The position numbers were made by a program, and so were the translations under genes. From a phage, in the sequence record PV357172.2: a stretch of 64,000 nucleotides of DNA. The stretch is one strand, 5' to 3'. Numbering within the stretch: position 1 is the first letter of the stretch; every line of letters starts with the position of its first letter. Shown piece after piece: positions 55,183 through 64,000 of this stretch. The notes under the pieces were generated by a model that was not told the origin of the DNA, made no database searches, and worked only from the letters and a program-made list of their open reading frames with translations.

Positions 55183-55614
55183 ATGTCTGATCGTTTCTAT
55201 ACTCAAATGGCGGAACATTTTCGTATACCACATTACGAGCTAAACATTGCACTCCGTGATCATGACTCTCCTGAGTACAAAAAGCTCGAAAAGAAAGCGG
55301 AAAAATCTATTGATACAAAGGTAGGTGCATCTATGTCTAAGGGCAAAAAGTTAACTCGTCTTGATCTTAATAAAATTTTAACTGAACTTTTGGGTACTGA
55401 TATTGAAGGTGCTAAATTACCGCTTCTTGTACTAGAGACTATGATTAAAAAGGTCAAAAATAAAGAGTATAAAAAGGTAGAAGTCCCAGAAGGCAGATTG
55501 AAAGCTCCTTATCAGGAGGCATTAACCGAGTGTTTGGGTGTAAATCTTGATCTAAGCACCGCAACCGTAAAAACTATGAGAAACTTCTTAGAGGCCATTA
55601 ATAACTATGAGTAA
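55183..55614 (+). CDS. hypothetical protein (143 aa)
   Basis: TTGACT/TATAAT promoter upstream; GAGAGG RBS. Confidence 0.5.
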   Translation: MSDRFYTQMAEHFRIPHYELNIALRDHDSPEYKKLEKKAEKSIDTKVGASMSKGKKLTRLDLNKILTELLGTDIEGAKLPLLVLETMIKKVKNKEYKKVEVPEGRLKAPYQEALTECLGVNLDLSTATVKTMRNFLEAINNYE

Positions 55615-55897
55615 ATTAGTATATCTATTAAAAGGTTCCACCTGTAACCCGTGTAAACTTTTCGAGCCAGTATTTGATAAAGTAGTCAATGAATATAATT
55701 TGGAAGTCCATAAAGAGACTGATAATACAGAATTAATGCAGAAATTTGGCGTACGCCAAGTTCCTGTAGTAGTTCTGGCGGATCGCTTACCTAATGGTCG
55801 AGTAGAAGCTAATCATATTTTGATTGGACGTCAGCTTCGTAAAGAAACTATGCACGAAGCTATTAAAAATTTCCTGGATGATAATCCAGAGGATTAA
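55607..55897 (+). CDS. thioredoxin/glutaredoxin-like redoxin
   Basis: CxxC active-site-like CNPC near N-terminus; 96 aa. Confidence 0.5.
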   Translation: MSKLVYLLKGSTCNPCKLFEPVFDKVVNEYNLEVHKETDNTELMQKFGVRQVPVVVLADRLPNGRVEANHILIGRQLRKETMHEAIKNFLDDNPED

Positions 55898-55928
55898 TAA
55901 ACCAAGCCTGATCTTAGCGGATCAGGCT
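55894..55928 (+). terminator. rho-independent terminator
   Basis: Hairpin AAGCCTGATC-TTAGCG-GATCAGGCTT followed by TTATTTT. Confidence 0.6.
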
Positions 55929-55994
55929 TTTATTTTACTTGCTTTCAGCTAAAAATTTTGGTATAATACTTATATAAATTGATAGGAGGATTAA

Positions 55995-56240
55995 ATGTTA
56001 GCGGAACAAGCAAAACGTTTAGCTAGGATAAATAGAGCCGCGTCCCTCAAGAGCCGAAAGAAAACGTATAGATGGGTTAAGCGGAGGATAGTATCTTCTG
56101 TCGAGATTGGAGGTTCTTTTGTACAGCTTAATCGTGACGAAATTAGTTATGAAGCTATAAAAGCCCTCAATAAAGAGGGTTATACTCTCAAACTATCAAA
56201 TAATTATGGTACAACTATTTTAAATGTTATTTGGGAATAA
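55995..56240 (+). CDS. hypothetical protein (81 aa)
   Basis: Promoter module upstream; GGAGGATTAA RBS. Confidence 0.45.
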   Translation: MLAEQAKRLARINRAASLKSRKKTYRWVKRRIVSSVEIGGSFVQLNRDEISYEAIKALNKEGYTLKLSNNYGTTILNVIWE

Positions 56241-56242
56241 TT

Positions 56243-57106
56243 ATGAAAAAAGAATTTAATGTGCATAAAACACTAGTAGTACCTGATGATGTTAACTTAT
56301 TCTTTGTTGGTGATATTCATGGATGCAACGATTTACTAGAAGATGCACTACAATTAGCTGGCTATAACGGCAAGAAAGATTGCGTTGTATGCGTGGGAGA
56401 TTTAATTGATCGAGGCACGCAGAACCTACAAGTTTTAGCCAAATTCCTGTATAATCCACGCTTTATCAGTGTACGTGGTAATCATGACCAATTTATGATT
56501 GTGGGAGATTGGGCTAACTGGATGTATAACGGTGGTATGTGGGCCATGAATGAACTAGATGCAGATACCATTAAAAATATTGCTGAAGACATGGCTGAAA
56601 AAATGCCAGTATTTCTGACTGTATTGCATCGTGGTAAAAAGTATGGTGTTGTTCATGGTGGTGTACCTTTTACGTACAAAGAATGCGGTAACGAAGTAGA
56701 AACCCCAGTATGGGATAGCCTTATTGCACAAGTAGAAGCAGCTAAGGAAGACCCACATGACCATCCTGGATACCATGTTGAGCCATACTTATGGGATCGA
56801 GATGTAATCCAAGAAATAGGTTTTCACTTAGCTAAAAATGGTGAAGAACACTCACATTTCCAGCGTTATGCAGGGTTTAAAGAGAAATACATGGTAGAAG
56901 TACCTCCGGTTAATGGAGTAGACTTTGTATTTCATGGGCATACCGGAGTACCTTACCCGATTTTATACCAGAACCGTGTTTACCTAGATACTGGCGGTGT
57001 TTTCAACGGGCAGTTGACGGTTGCGCAGGTTAACGATGAAACTGGCAAAATCACCACATTTACCACAGACAAAAATGATAGCTGCGGTGTACAGAGGATC
57101 CTTTAA
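56243..57106 (+). CDS. Ser/Thr protein phosphatase (calcineurin-like metallophosphoesterase)
   Basis: Motifs GDIHG, GDLIDRG, GNHD; ATG at 56243. Confidence 0.7.
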   Translation: MKKEFNVHKTLVVPDDVNLFFVGDIHGCNDLLEDALQLAGYNGKKDCVVCVGDLIDRGTQNLQVLAKFLYNPRFISVRGNHDQFMIVGDWANWMYNGGMWAMNELDADTIKNIAEDMAEKMPVFLTVLHRGKKYGVVHGGVPFTYKECGNEVETPVWDSLIAQVEAAKEDPHDHPGYHVEPYLWDRDVIQEIGFHLAKNGEEHSHFQRYAGFKEKYMVEVPPVNGVDFVFHGHTGVPYPILYQNRVYLDTGGVFNGQLTVAQVNDETGKITTFTTDKNDSCGVQRIL

Positions 57107-57393
57107 TGAATGATAGAATGAAAGAAGTACAAGAAGAATTACGAGCAATGCGTATTGATGCCCTTCGTTGGAGGGCATTAGTTAATGCTTTCGTCAAAGG
57201 AGATACCGGAGTAATATATTCTGGAATAGCAGTCAATTTTTGTTTTAATTCTCCTGCTGAAATAGAGATAGAAACAAGGCTTACTACCTACCTTAATGAG
57301 GTAGACCTTAAGGAAGGAGAGACTCCCGAGGAGTTTAAAACTAGAGTATTAACTACCTGGGTTGATAATTTAATACAAAAAAGGAGTAAGTGA
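57106..57393 (+). CDS. hypothetical protein (95 aa)
   Basis: ORF track; start and stop overlaps with neighbours. Confidence 0.4.
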   Translation: MNDRMKEVQEELRAMRIDALRWRALVNAFVKGDTGVIYSGIAVNFCFNSPAEIEIETRLTTYLNEVDLKEGETPEEFKTRVLTTWVDNLIQKRSK

Positions 57394-57983
57394 TGAAGGT
57401 TAAATTCTGGTCAGACTTGCACTTAGACCACCCTGGAGCACTACGTTTCCGTCCGTGGTTTAAGAACATGAAAGAGCACGATGAGTATATTCTAGATACT
57501 TTGTCCAAGCATATTGGTAAACGAACAAAACTTATTTTGCTAGGAGATATTGCAGTAGGTCGTGAAGGTCTGGCCAAATTAAAGTCGGTTATCCACAATG
57601 TCCCTAATCAACTCATTATGGGTAATCATGATGCGGAGCGTCAAGGACTGAGTATTAGGGACTTAGCGGAAGTTTATGATGATATTCAGGCTCTAGGTAA
57701 ACAGACTGGAGGTGGCAAAAAGTTTTGGCTATCTCACTGCCCTTTGCATCCCAATGAACTTCGTGGCAAACTAAATATTCATGGACACGTACATACTACT
57801 TCTCTACGTGATCCACGTTATATCAATGTTTCATTTGAAATGAGTAAAACTCCAATTCCTCTAGAGGATATTGTGTCTGGTAAGTTTACTAGCTATGATA
57901 AAGTAGTTAATTGTACTACCGGCGAGGTATTACAAATAGGGGAAGACGTAGCTGCTGTATTACGTGGGGATATAAATGTCTGA
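57393..57983 (+). CDS. calcineurin-like metallophosphoesterase (second copy)
   Basis: Motifs DLHLDHP, GDIAVG, GNHD, GHVH; ATG at 57393 after AAGGAG. Confidence 0.6.
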   Translation: MKVKFWSDLHLDHPGALRFRPWFKNMKEHDEYILDTLSKHIGKRTKLILLGDIAVGREGLAKLKSVIHNVPNQLIMGNHDAERQGLSIRDLAEVYDDIQALGKQTGGGKKFWLSHCPLHPNELRGKLNIHGHVHTTSLRDPRYINVSFEMSKTPIPLEDIVSGKFTSYDKVVNCTTGEVLQIGEDVAAVLRGDINV

Positions 57984-58150
57984 GTATATAGCTGAGGCTA
58001 TTATTAAACGAATCATACAAGCGATAGCAATACTTATAATCATTTGTATTGCTATTGGTACAGGATTAGGCATTTTAATTAAAAGTTTTATTTGCTAAAA
58101 TGCTTAAGTTTCTGTATAATTACTTTATAAATTGATGAGAAGGAATCAAA

Positions 58151-58582
58151 ATGAACAAAGTTGATAAAGCTCTAGTTTTCGCAGCAGCAGATAAGTTTGA
58201 ACAAGTTAAGGCAACTTTCCGAACCTTGTTCCAGTCTTACGTTCAGGATAAGTCTAATCCTATCTCTGAACGTTTGATGGTCTGGGAATGTCATGCTTGC
58301 AATGCCCTATTAATTGCGGATTATCGTAGCGATATAGATAAAGATCTGTGCGAAATTCTTATCGCTGAGGAGGCAGAACGTTATCAGTTAATCTCTTTCC
58401 AAGATTTGGCGGAGCATATCATTCCTGATGATCTTTGGGATAAATACTACGGTGATCCTGAGGACGAAGGATTGACTCCAGAAGCCTGTATTGAGCTAAT
58501 CTGCAAAGATCATCCTGAAATTGCAGAGAAATTTGAAAAAGTTTTTGCTTCTGAGTTCTCCGGCGTTGTTAACGATTGGTAA
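58151..58582 (+). CDS. hypothetical acidic protein (143 aa)
   Basis: Promoter module and GAGAAGGAATC leader upstream. Confidence 0.5.
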   Translation: MNKVDKALVFAAADKFEQVKATFRTLFQSYVQDKSNPISERLMVWECHACNALLIADYRSDIDKDLCEILIAEEAERYQLISFQDLAEHIIPDDLWDKYYGDPEDEGLTPEACIELICKDHPEIAEKFEKVFASEFSGVVNDW

Positions 58583-58660
58583 GTAATTAAAAAATTCAGT
58601 TGCTTTAAGCCTTAAAATTCTGTATAATAAGTTCATAAATTAATGAGAGAGGAAATTCTA

Positions 58661-58939
58661 ATGGAAAACATGACTAAAGACTTCGACGCCTCTAACCTTA
58701 CCAAGACTGAAATGGCCAATGTATTAGCAATTCTCCTCGACATGCAAGGATTTGAGGGGCAACTGATGAAAATGTCTATTCCGGCGATGAAGAAGATGTA
58801 TGATTCTCTTAACAAGAACGCTATGGCCTTTAACTTAGCAAAACAAGAGGCACGCTTTGCTAAGGAGCATCAAGCAGTGGCAGAACGCCGAGCAGCTAGC
58901 TTTGAGCGTGAAGTCAAGCAATTAAAGAAAAAATGCTAA
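58661..58939 (+). CDS. hypothetical protein (about 92 aa)
   Basis: ATG at 58661 after GAGAGAGGAAATTCT. Confidence 0.45.
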   Translation: MENMTKDFDASNLTKTEMANVLAILLDMQGFEGQLMKMSIPAMKKMYDSLNKNAMAFNLAKQEARFAKEHQAVAERRAASFEREVKQLKKKC

Positions 58940-59466
58940 CACAAGAAAGATTAAAAGAGTTATTTGAATACCGCCCGGAAACGGGCGAGTTTATAAGGAA
59001 AGTCAGTAGAGGACGAGGTAAAGCAGGTAGTATTGCTGGTAGTCCTGATAGGGATGGTTATATATTTATTGGGATAAATAGAAAAAGATATGCAGCCCAT
59101 AGGTTAGCCTTTTTGTACATGGAGGGGTATATTCCAAATCTAGTACACCACTTAAATAATATAAGAAAAGATAATAGATGGTGTAATTTAAAAGATTGTA
59201 CGTCCCAAGAAAATAATCGTAGCAAAATCGCTCAATCTAATTCGGGGTACTTAGGAGTTACCTGGAAAAAGATCGACAACAATGGAGAGTCCAGGCCAGA
59301 AGCGCCGAAAGCATTACAGTACACGGAGGCTATTTTAGGTATCTAGATTTAGAGTTGGCAGTTCAAAGAGCTAATGAACTACGTTTAGAACTACATGGGC
59401 CTAATGCTGTTATAGAAACTTTTGATCATACAAAACCCTTACCTACTTTAGAGGACTTAAATAAAT
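58933..59466 (+). pseudogene. HNH homing endonuclease, frameshifted
   Basis: Residues 1-113 match the HNH paralogs in one frame; the conserved C-terminus GGYF..LELAVQ.ANELRL.LHG.NAVIE.F..TKPLPTLEDLNK continues in a different frame from about 59290 to 59463. Confidence 0.55.
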
Positions 59467-59746
59467 GATTACAGAAATTCTCATTGGATTGCTAGTTCTT
59501 ACTACACTAGTAGCGATTGGCGGAGTTATTGGGATTGTGAATGCACGAAAAAGCATGGAAAATATGCTTATTACTAATGATGGACTACACCACCGTTTGC
59601 TAGAGCAAGAGCAGGATATTGAATTAGCACAAAGACGCTCGGATATTCTTAAGGAAAAATTAAATAATATAGAAGCAATAGTTGGGAATAATAAATTACC
59701 TGCTAAAGTAATGCGTACCCAGATAATCACGGAGATTAAAAAATGA
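59465..59746 (+). CDS. small membrane protein (93 aa)
   Basis: N-terminal TM; coiled-coil C-terminus. Confidence 0.4.
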   Translation: MITEILIGLLVLTTLVAIGGVIGIVNARKSMENMLITNDGLHHRLLEQEQDIELAQRRSDILKEKLNNIEAIVGNNKLPAKVMRTQIITEIKK

Positions 59747-59988
59747 TGATGTTTATTCTAGCACTTTACCTAATCGTGGTGGGAGTTCTAGTTACTAAGT
59801 ATCACACATGGACACCAAAGAATATAGCTAAGGTAGCATTATTTGTTATTCCAGTACCACTTATTATCTTTTCTATGTTACTGGTGATGTTAATTGGTAG
59901 AGTAACAAAGACCGATGTTAAGCGCATTGCTGACGAATTGCAACAGTCCTGTGATATGATTGAGGATATTATTAAAGATGAAACTTAA
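59743..59988 (+). CDS. small membrane protein (81 aa)
   Basis: Two hydrophobic segments; ATGA overlap. Confidence 0.4.
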   Translation: MMMFILALYLIVVGVLVTKYHTWTPKNIAKVALFVIPVPLIIFSMLLVMLIGRVTKTDVKRIADELQQSCDMIEDIIKDET

Positions 59989-60304
59989 TTTCAATGAGTT
60001 AAATACTTTGCATGAGCTGTTACAGTTTGTAAATAATAATATTAGTATTCCAGATGATACACTAGAAGTTCTCATGTTAATCGAGAAAAAGGTAGGGGTT
60101 GAAATTGAGGATTCTTGGAAACCACTTTCTACATTAACACCTCTTAATATGAAAGTGATTGTTAAAAATATTCATACTGGTGAAGAGTATGAAATGACTC
60201 GTAAAGAATTAGCTAACAGCTATTCACCAGAGTCTGTAGTGATGCACCATAGTGATACCCCTACGGTTCTACAGACAGCTAATTACGTATGGCGTCTCCC
60301 ATGA
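59978..60304 (+). CDS. hypothetical protein (about 108 aa)
   Basis: ATG at 59978 overlapping upstream stop. Confidence 0.4.
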   Translation: MKLNFNELNTLHELLQFVNNNISIPDDTLEVLMLIEKKVGVEIEDSWKPLSTLTPLNMKVIVKNIHTGEEYEMTRKELANSYSPESVVMHHSDTPTVLQTANYVWRLP

Positions 60305-60403
60305 TTGATTTAGTACCAATTACTGCGGGGCTAATAGCACTATTAGTGCTCACAGTTTTCATTATTGTGGAGCAGGCCAAAGTAATAAGGAGACTTAAAA
60401 ACA

Positions 60404-60604
60404 ATGATAAAACGTCTTGTTTATCAGGCACCAAAGATTGTAACTGAGTATTTTGTATTACTGCCTCAGATTGTATTTCTAACAGCGTTATTTAACATAC
60501 TTTTTCGACATCTAGGAATAACGGAAAATATATTCTATACTTCTGGGTTACTTCCTTTTATGTATGAAGGCATTATCATGGCAATTAACGGGGTTCGTAA
60601 ATGA
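60404..60604 (+). CDS. small membrane protein (66 aa)
   Basis: ORF track; AAGGAGACTTAAAAACA RBS. Confidence 0.4.
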   Translation: MIKRLVYQAPKIVTEYFVLLPQIVFLTALFNILFRHLGITENIFYTSGLLPFMYEGIIMAINGVRK

Positions 60605-61062
60605 CAGCACTACAACAACTACAGAATTACTGGTTTGATAACCAATTTAACGATCTTTTCATCCAGTTGTTTGTCGAAACGAACGGACGCTTCAACTACC
60701 GATTCTTTAATAAGTTTCATGAAACAAAATTCTCACATACGGAAATTAACGCAGCGATCCAAGACCTAACTGGTTCTAAAGTAGTTCAATATCGCGAAGT
60801 AGACTTTACTCCAGATTGTTTTGGATTTGAATTGTTTAAGAAAGCATATAAATTTGGTAAGTTTGAAGATGCTCGTCAATGGGTTCACGATTTTTGGTAT
60901 AACACCGATATTGTTCCTAGTCGCGTGCTGATTCTTAACTGGATTGCTAAGCAACATCCACCTAAAACGCAATCATCCTTCTTACCGACTGACACAGGAA
61001 ACCTCTACCATGACAGAAAAGAAAAATCCATTATTGGAGCAGATGAAGGAGTGGGAGAGTAA
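60601..61062 (+). CDS. hypothetical protein (153 aa)
   Basis: ATGA overlap with upstream gene. Confidence 0.45.
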   Translation: MTALQQLQNYWFDNQFNDLFIQLFVETNGRFNYRFFNKFHETKFSHTEINAAIQDLTGSKVVQYREVDFTPDCFGFELFKKAYKFGKFEDARQWVHDFWYNTDIVPSRVLILNWIAKQHPPKTQSSFLPTDTGNLYHDRKEKSIIGADEGVGE

Positions 61063-61381
61063 TATTGAAACTGGTCTAATAGACGGTGAAGATATTGTCA
61101 ACTCCATGCTAGAAGTAACAGTAGATAATATTAATCCTATTTTGGCCGGAGAAACCTCAGATCTTATAGGACTCTCTAGCACATTTGATTCTTTGGCTAA
61201 ATTAGCTTTAGACGATGAAGAGATAACCAAAGAAGATCTCGCTACAGCTATGAATATGGCTATTAATGCTTACATCAGTAAACGTACTGATGAACTTGGT
61301 AAACAGATCAATAAGCGTGATGCTACGCTAGGTCTTATGGAAACGGCCACTATGTTAAGAAGTGGTAAACAACTTCATTAA
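61010..61381 (+). CDS. hypothetical protein (about 123 aa)
   Basis: ATG at 61010 after AGGAAACC; overlaps previous gene in another frame. Confidence 0.4.
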   Translation: MTEKKNPLLEQMKEWESNIETGLIDGEDIVNSMLEVTVDNINPILAGETSDLIGLSSTFDSLAKLALDDEEITKEDLATAMNMAINAYISKRTDELGKQINKRDATLGLMETATMLRSGKQLH

Positions 61382-61388
61382 TTTTAGG

Positions 61389-61425
61389 AGGCCAGGACTT
61401 ATTTGTTCTGGCCTTTTATGTTTTC
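61389..61425 (+). terminator. rho-independent terminator
   Basis: Hairpin GGCCAGGAC-TTATTTGTT-CTGGCC followed by TTTTATGTTTT. Confidence 0.55.
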
Positions 61426-61437
61426 AAGGAACTTCAA

Positions 61438-61641
61438 ATGCAAGTATATGTCCTTACCAGAGATATAAATGAGTATAATCAGGATGGTGAGTATTTTGTA
61501 AAAGTATTCGCTGAAAAGCCAAGTAAACAACAGTTATTAGATGCTGGAGTACCGGAAGACCAAGCTAAGTGTTTACTACAAGATAAAGAGTTTACTGGAG
61601 ATGCTTACGAATGCTTCTACCTTAACTGTGAGACTATTTAA
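61438..61641 (+). CDS. hypothetical protein (67 aa)
   Basis: ORF track; AAGGAACTTCAA RBS. Confidence 0.45.
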   Translation: MQVYVLTRDINEYNQDGEYFVKVFAEKPSKQQLLDAGVPEDQAKCLLQDKEFTGDAYECFYLNCETI

Positions 61642-61642
61642 T

Positions 61643-62089
61643 ATGAGAGAGAAAGTAAATGAATTATTAATCGAGGAAGCTAACAACTTTCCAATAAATA
61701 GGTTCATTAAATCGGATGGTTCTATTAATAGAACTAAGATTAAGCAGCTACATCCCGACTTTCAACAAGAAGCGCTAAACCTTATATTTATCAAGAAAGC
61801 TGTTGCAGCTCATGGGGCTTTCTTCGGGTATGAGCGTGTAAATTATAAGACAATGCAACAGCAAGTCGAGATCTATTGTCCAGACCATGATGGCTATTAC
61901 TGGCAAACTGCTAGATCTCATTTAGAAGGGCATGGTTGTCGACTGTGTGCACACAAGGTTGTGCAGCGTGTCACGGATTATGGAACTTATACCGTACCAG
62001 CATGTTACCATAAATTTGTAATTGACGATAATCACATAGTTTGGTATAATAAGTTTTCAAAGCTAAGAATGGAGATAAGTAGTGAGTAG
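61643..62089 (+). CDS. zinc-finger protein (about 148 aa)
   Basis: ATG at 61643; Cys/His cluster CPDHDGYYWQTARSHLEGHGCRLCAHK. Confidence 0.45.
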   Translation: MREKVNELLIEEANNFPINRFIKSDGSINRTKIKQLHPDFQQEALNLIFIKKAVAAHGAFFGYERVNYKTMQQQVEIYCPDHDGYYWQTARSHLEGHGCRLCAHKVVQRVTDYGTYTVPACYHKFVIDDNHIVWYNKFSKLRMEISSE

Positions 62090-62372
62090 CTATATTATAT
62101 GGTCAAATCCATTAGCAGCACTTAGTAACAAACTATTTAAAACAACGTGGGGGTATAATGAAATAGACTTAGGTAGTCGCCCAATACCAAACAAACACCC
62201 CTTAGTTCCAGAGCTGTATAGGGTAGTAATAAATGACACAGAGTATTTGGTTGATAAATTTGACAGAAAACGTTTACTAGAGGGTATCTACGATAATTCT
62301 ATATCGATAAATGAATTAGTAGAACATGCCCAAATATACGATAAGAGCTGGATGTTAATATGGAGATCATAG
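62082..62372 (+). CDS. hypothetical protein (96 aa)
   Basis: ORF track. Confidence 0.4.
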   Translation: MSSYIIWSNPLAALSNKLFKTTWGYNEIDLGSRPIPNKHPLVPELYRVVINDTEYLVDKFDRKRLLEGIYDNSISINELVEHAQIYDKSWMLIWRS

Positions 62373-62593
62373 TAATTATTTTAGCAGTTATGTTATTTAT
62401 TGTAACATTAGTATCGTTTGCTATTATGCGCAGAGCTAAAGAACTAGCGGAAGATCTAACAAAATTACGCGGTGAGTTAGCTGCTCTTAAATTACAGCGT
62501 GAGGCTTTAAAGTTGTTTGTGGTTCAGGGTAGCGTAGAACATACAACGGAAGACTTCATCACGTATCTCAAACGTTACATGGGAATTAAATAA
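62360..62593 (+). CDS. small membrane protein (77 aa)
   Basis: N-terminal TM IVIILAVMLFIVTLVSFAIM. Confidence 0.4.
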   Translation: MEIIVIILAVMLFIVTLVSFAIMRRAKELAEDLTKLRGELAALKLQREALKLFVVQGSVEHTTEDFITYLKRYMGIK

Positions 62594-62778
62594 TGGAAAC
62601 TCTTTTTCTTTTAATGCTAGTAGGTTCCTTGCTAGTTATATTAGCACTTCTACTGATCTGCAATATTCTTAATAATAAGAATCTAGAGCTAAAGTGTGAA
62701 AACCAAATCCTTAATCGTGAACTTAAACAATATAACATAGCAGCGCACAAGCTACTAGACAAATTGGAGAATAAGTAA
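62593..62778 (+). CDS. small membrane protein (61 aa)
   Basis: N-terminal TM LFLLMLVGSLLVILALLLI; ATGA overlap. Confidence 0.4.
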   Translation: METLFLLMLVGSLLVILALLLICNILNNKNLELKCENQILNRELKQYNIAAHKLLDKLENK

Positions 62779-63383
62779 TGACTTTATATGCACAACAACC
62801 TGTTCAAGTAGTACCAGACCATGAATTAAATACATGGGATTATGATTTTAAAGACTTAACTGCCACTGTACAGTTCAAATCTATGAAATTAACCTTTGCG
62901 CACACTGATATTAAAGCCTGTAAAGATCTTGAGCATAAATTAAAAGAAGCTCGTAAGATCTTTGGCAAGGCTCGGATTCCAGCTGATAACCTTATTAACG
63001 CATTAATAGATGCTGGTTATAAACTCGTAAAGACTGAGGTGAACCGCCCTAGTACTCCTGTGACTGTTGGAGGTTCCTGGACCAAAAGTGGTATCGCATT
63101 TAATCCTAAAATAACGTCGGATTTGCACAATGTTCCATGTGGTGGCGTTATAGAAAATAATTCCTCATATCGAGTTGGTGAAGATTACGGCCCTTCTGTA
63201 CAGTTGCAACATACTCAAGAAGCTTTTGAATCTGATATGCGAAGCGTAGCACCTGTGGATACTGAAGGTTTTAGAAGTCCCAGCTATGTTACTCACTTTA
63301 ATAATCTTAGGCCTGGGAGTATAAATGATACTATCCTTGAGGCGTTGGGAGCTGCTCTTAACGAAGATAAGAGAGGTAGTTAA
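62778..63383 (+). CDS. hypothetical protein (201 aa)
   Basis: ORF track; ATGA overlap with previous gene. Confidence 0.45.
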   Translation: MTLYAQQPVQVVPDHELNTWDYDFKDLTATVQFKSMKLTFAHTDIKACKDLEHKLKEARKIFGKARIPADNLINALIDAGYKLVKTEVNRPSTPVTVGGSWTKSGIAFNPKITSDLHNVPCGGVIENNSSYRVGEDYGPSVQLQHTQEAFESDMRSVAPVDTEGFRSPSYVTHFNNLRPGSINDTILEALGAALNEDKRGS

Positions 63384-63460
63384 TCCTCTAATACATGAGC
63401 CTCTACAGAGGCTCTAAAATAAAAAGAAGGTCGTCCAGACCTTAAAAACGGGAGATAATA

Positions 63461-64000
63461 ATGTATAACTTTAAAGATAAACTAAGACAAAATGCTGGTA
63501 AAACAAAACCTAAAGAGAACAATAATGTTCCTAATGCCAAAGTATTACCATTTCCAGAACTATCCCAAGAAGAAAAAGATAAGTTAGCATTTATGTTTGA
63601 TGCACTTATAGGGCTAAATGGACGTTTATATTCCTCTCTCAATATTAATGAGAAACGTTTAGTAGAGATGTTTTGTAAACGTTACCAAGTTACTTCAAAG
63701 GGCAATTCTTATAAAGAAGGTGAGAAAGCATTTACAGTCTTAAAGATTAGCGCATATGCACATCGTTTCTTAGTTTATGGGTTGCAAATGGAATACTTTA
63801 CTATCCCATCATTTAGCTCTTTCCATATCTTTGAAGATGAACGAATGAATATTGATGATCTCTACGGGGATACATACAAATACTCAGGAAGTCCATTCCA
63901 CGATGCATTAAGGAGTTACCCATCTAACTATTTACCCATTAGAGCATCTCAAGGTAAAGCTAGCATCTTTGCTGTATACTCAGGATCTAAAGCATCGGAT
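63461..64000 (+). CDS. hypothetical protein, 5' part (continues beyond window end)
   Basis: ATG at 63461 after GGGAGATAAT; open frame with no stop to position 64000. Confidence 0.45.
   Translation, partial: MYNFKDKLRQNAGKTKPKENNNVPNAKVLPFPELSQEEKDKLAFMFDALIGLNGRLYSSLNINEKRLVEMFCKRYQVTSKGNSYKEGEKAFTVLKISAYAHRFLVYGLQMEYFTIPSFSSFHIFEDERMNIDDLYGDTYKYSGSPFHDALRSYPSNYLPIRASQGKASIFAVYSGSKASD

Noticed and set aside
63390-63440. Plus-strand terminator before the last gene
   Set aside because: The hairpin GAGCCTCT-ACA-GAGGCTC is followed by an A-run rather than a T-run on the plus strand, so it was not called as a plus terminator; it may be a processing hairpin.
1-64000. Integrase, transposase or other mobile-element boundaries marking an island
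   Set aside because: No integrase, transposase or recombinase-like ORFs or terminal inverted repeats were recognised; the only mobile-like genes are free-standing HNH and GIY-YIG-like endonucleases, consistent with a lytic phage genome.

Overview
The window reads as the early region of a T5-like lytic siphophage (Tequintavirus-like); this identification rests on gene content and order read from the sequence, not on any database search. Positions 1-21635 are a leftward (minus-strand) DNA replication module: SF2 helicase, family A DNA polymerase, primase, a helicase-like ATPase, a two-gene NAD-dependent DNA ligase, a 955-aa helicase-like protein next to an iteron-like noncoding region, a Sir2-like protein and anaerobic RNR NrdD. 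A divergent promoter region at 21636-21953 switches to a rightward (plus-strand) module: PhoH, NrdA/NrdB, DHFR, ThyA, RNase H, then a cluster of about 22 tRNA genes interleaved with small ORFs and HNH endonucleases, a NadR-like plus PnuC-like NAD salvage pair, a GrcA-like protein, spanins, dNMP kinase, a T-type holin, endolysin and phosphatases. Nine HNH endonuclease genes are scattered through the window, one of them frameshifted. A promoter-leader module (TTGCT -35, TGTATAAT extended -10, A/T-rich upstream, ATAAATTGATGAGAGG leader) recurs about 20 times on both strands. The most interesting candidates are the NadR/PnuC plus Sir2 NAD-metabolism set, the TCAC-repeat candidate origin, and several structured noncoding stretches and orphan tRNA-like elements inside the tRNA cluster. 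Many CDS starts are adjusted from the ORF track, which also uses GTG/TTG starts. RNA and regulatory coordinates were derived by hand folding and may be off by a few nucleotides; I found one 2-nt inconsistency between my reading and the ORF track near 47650-47700.
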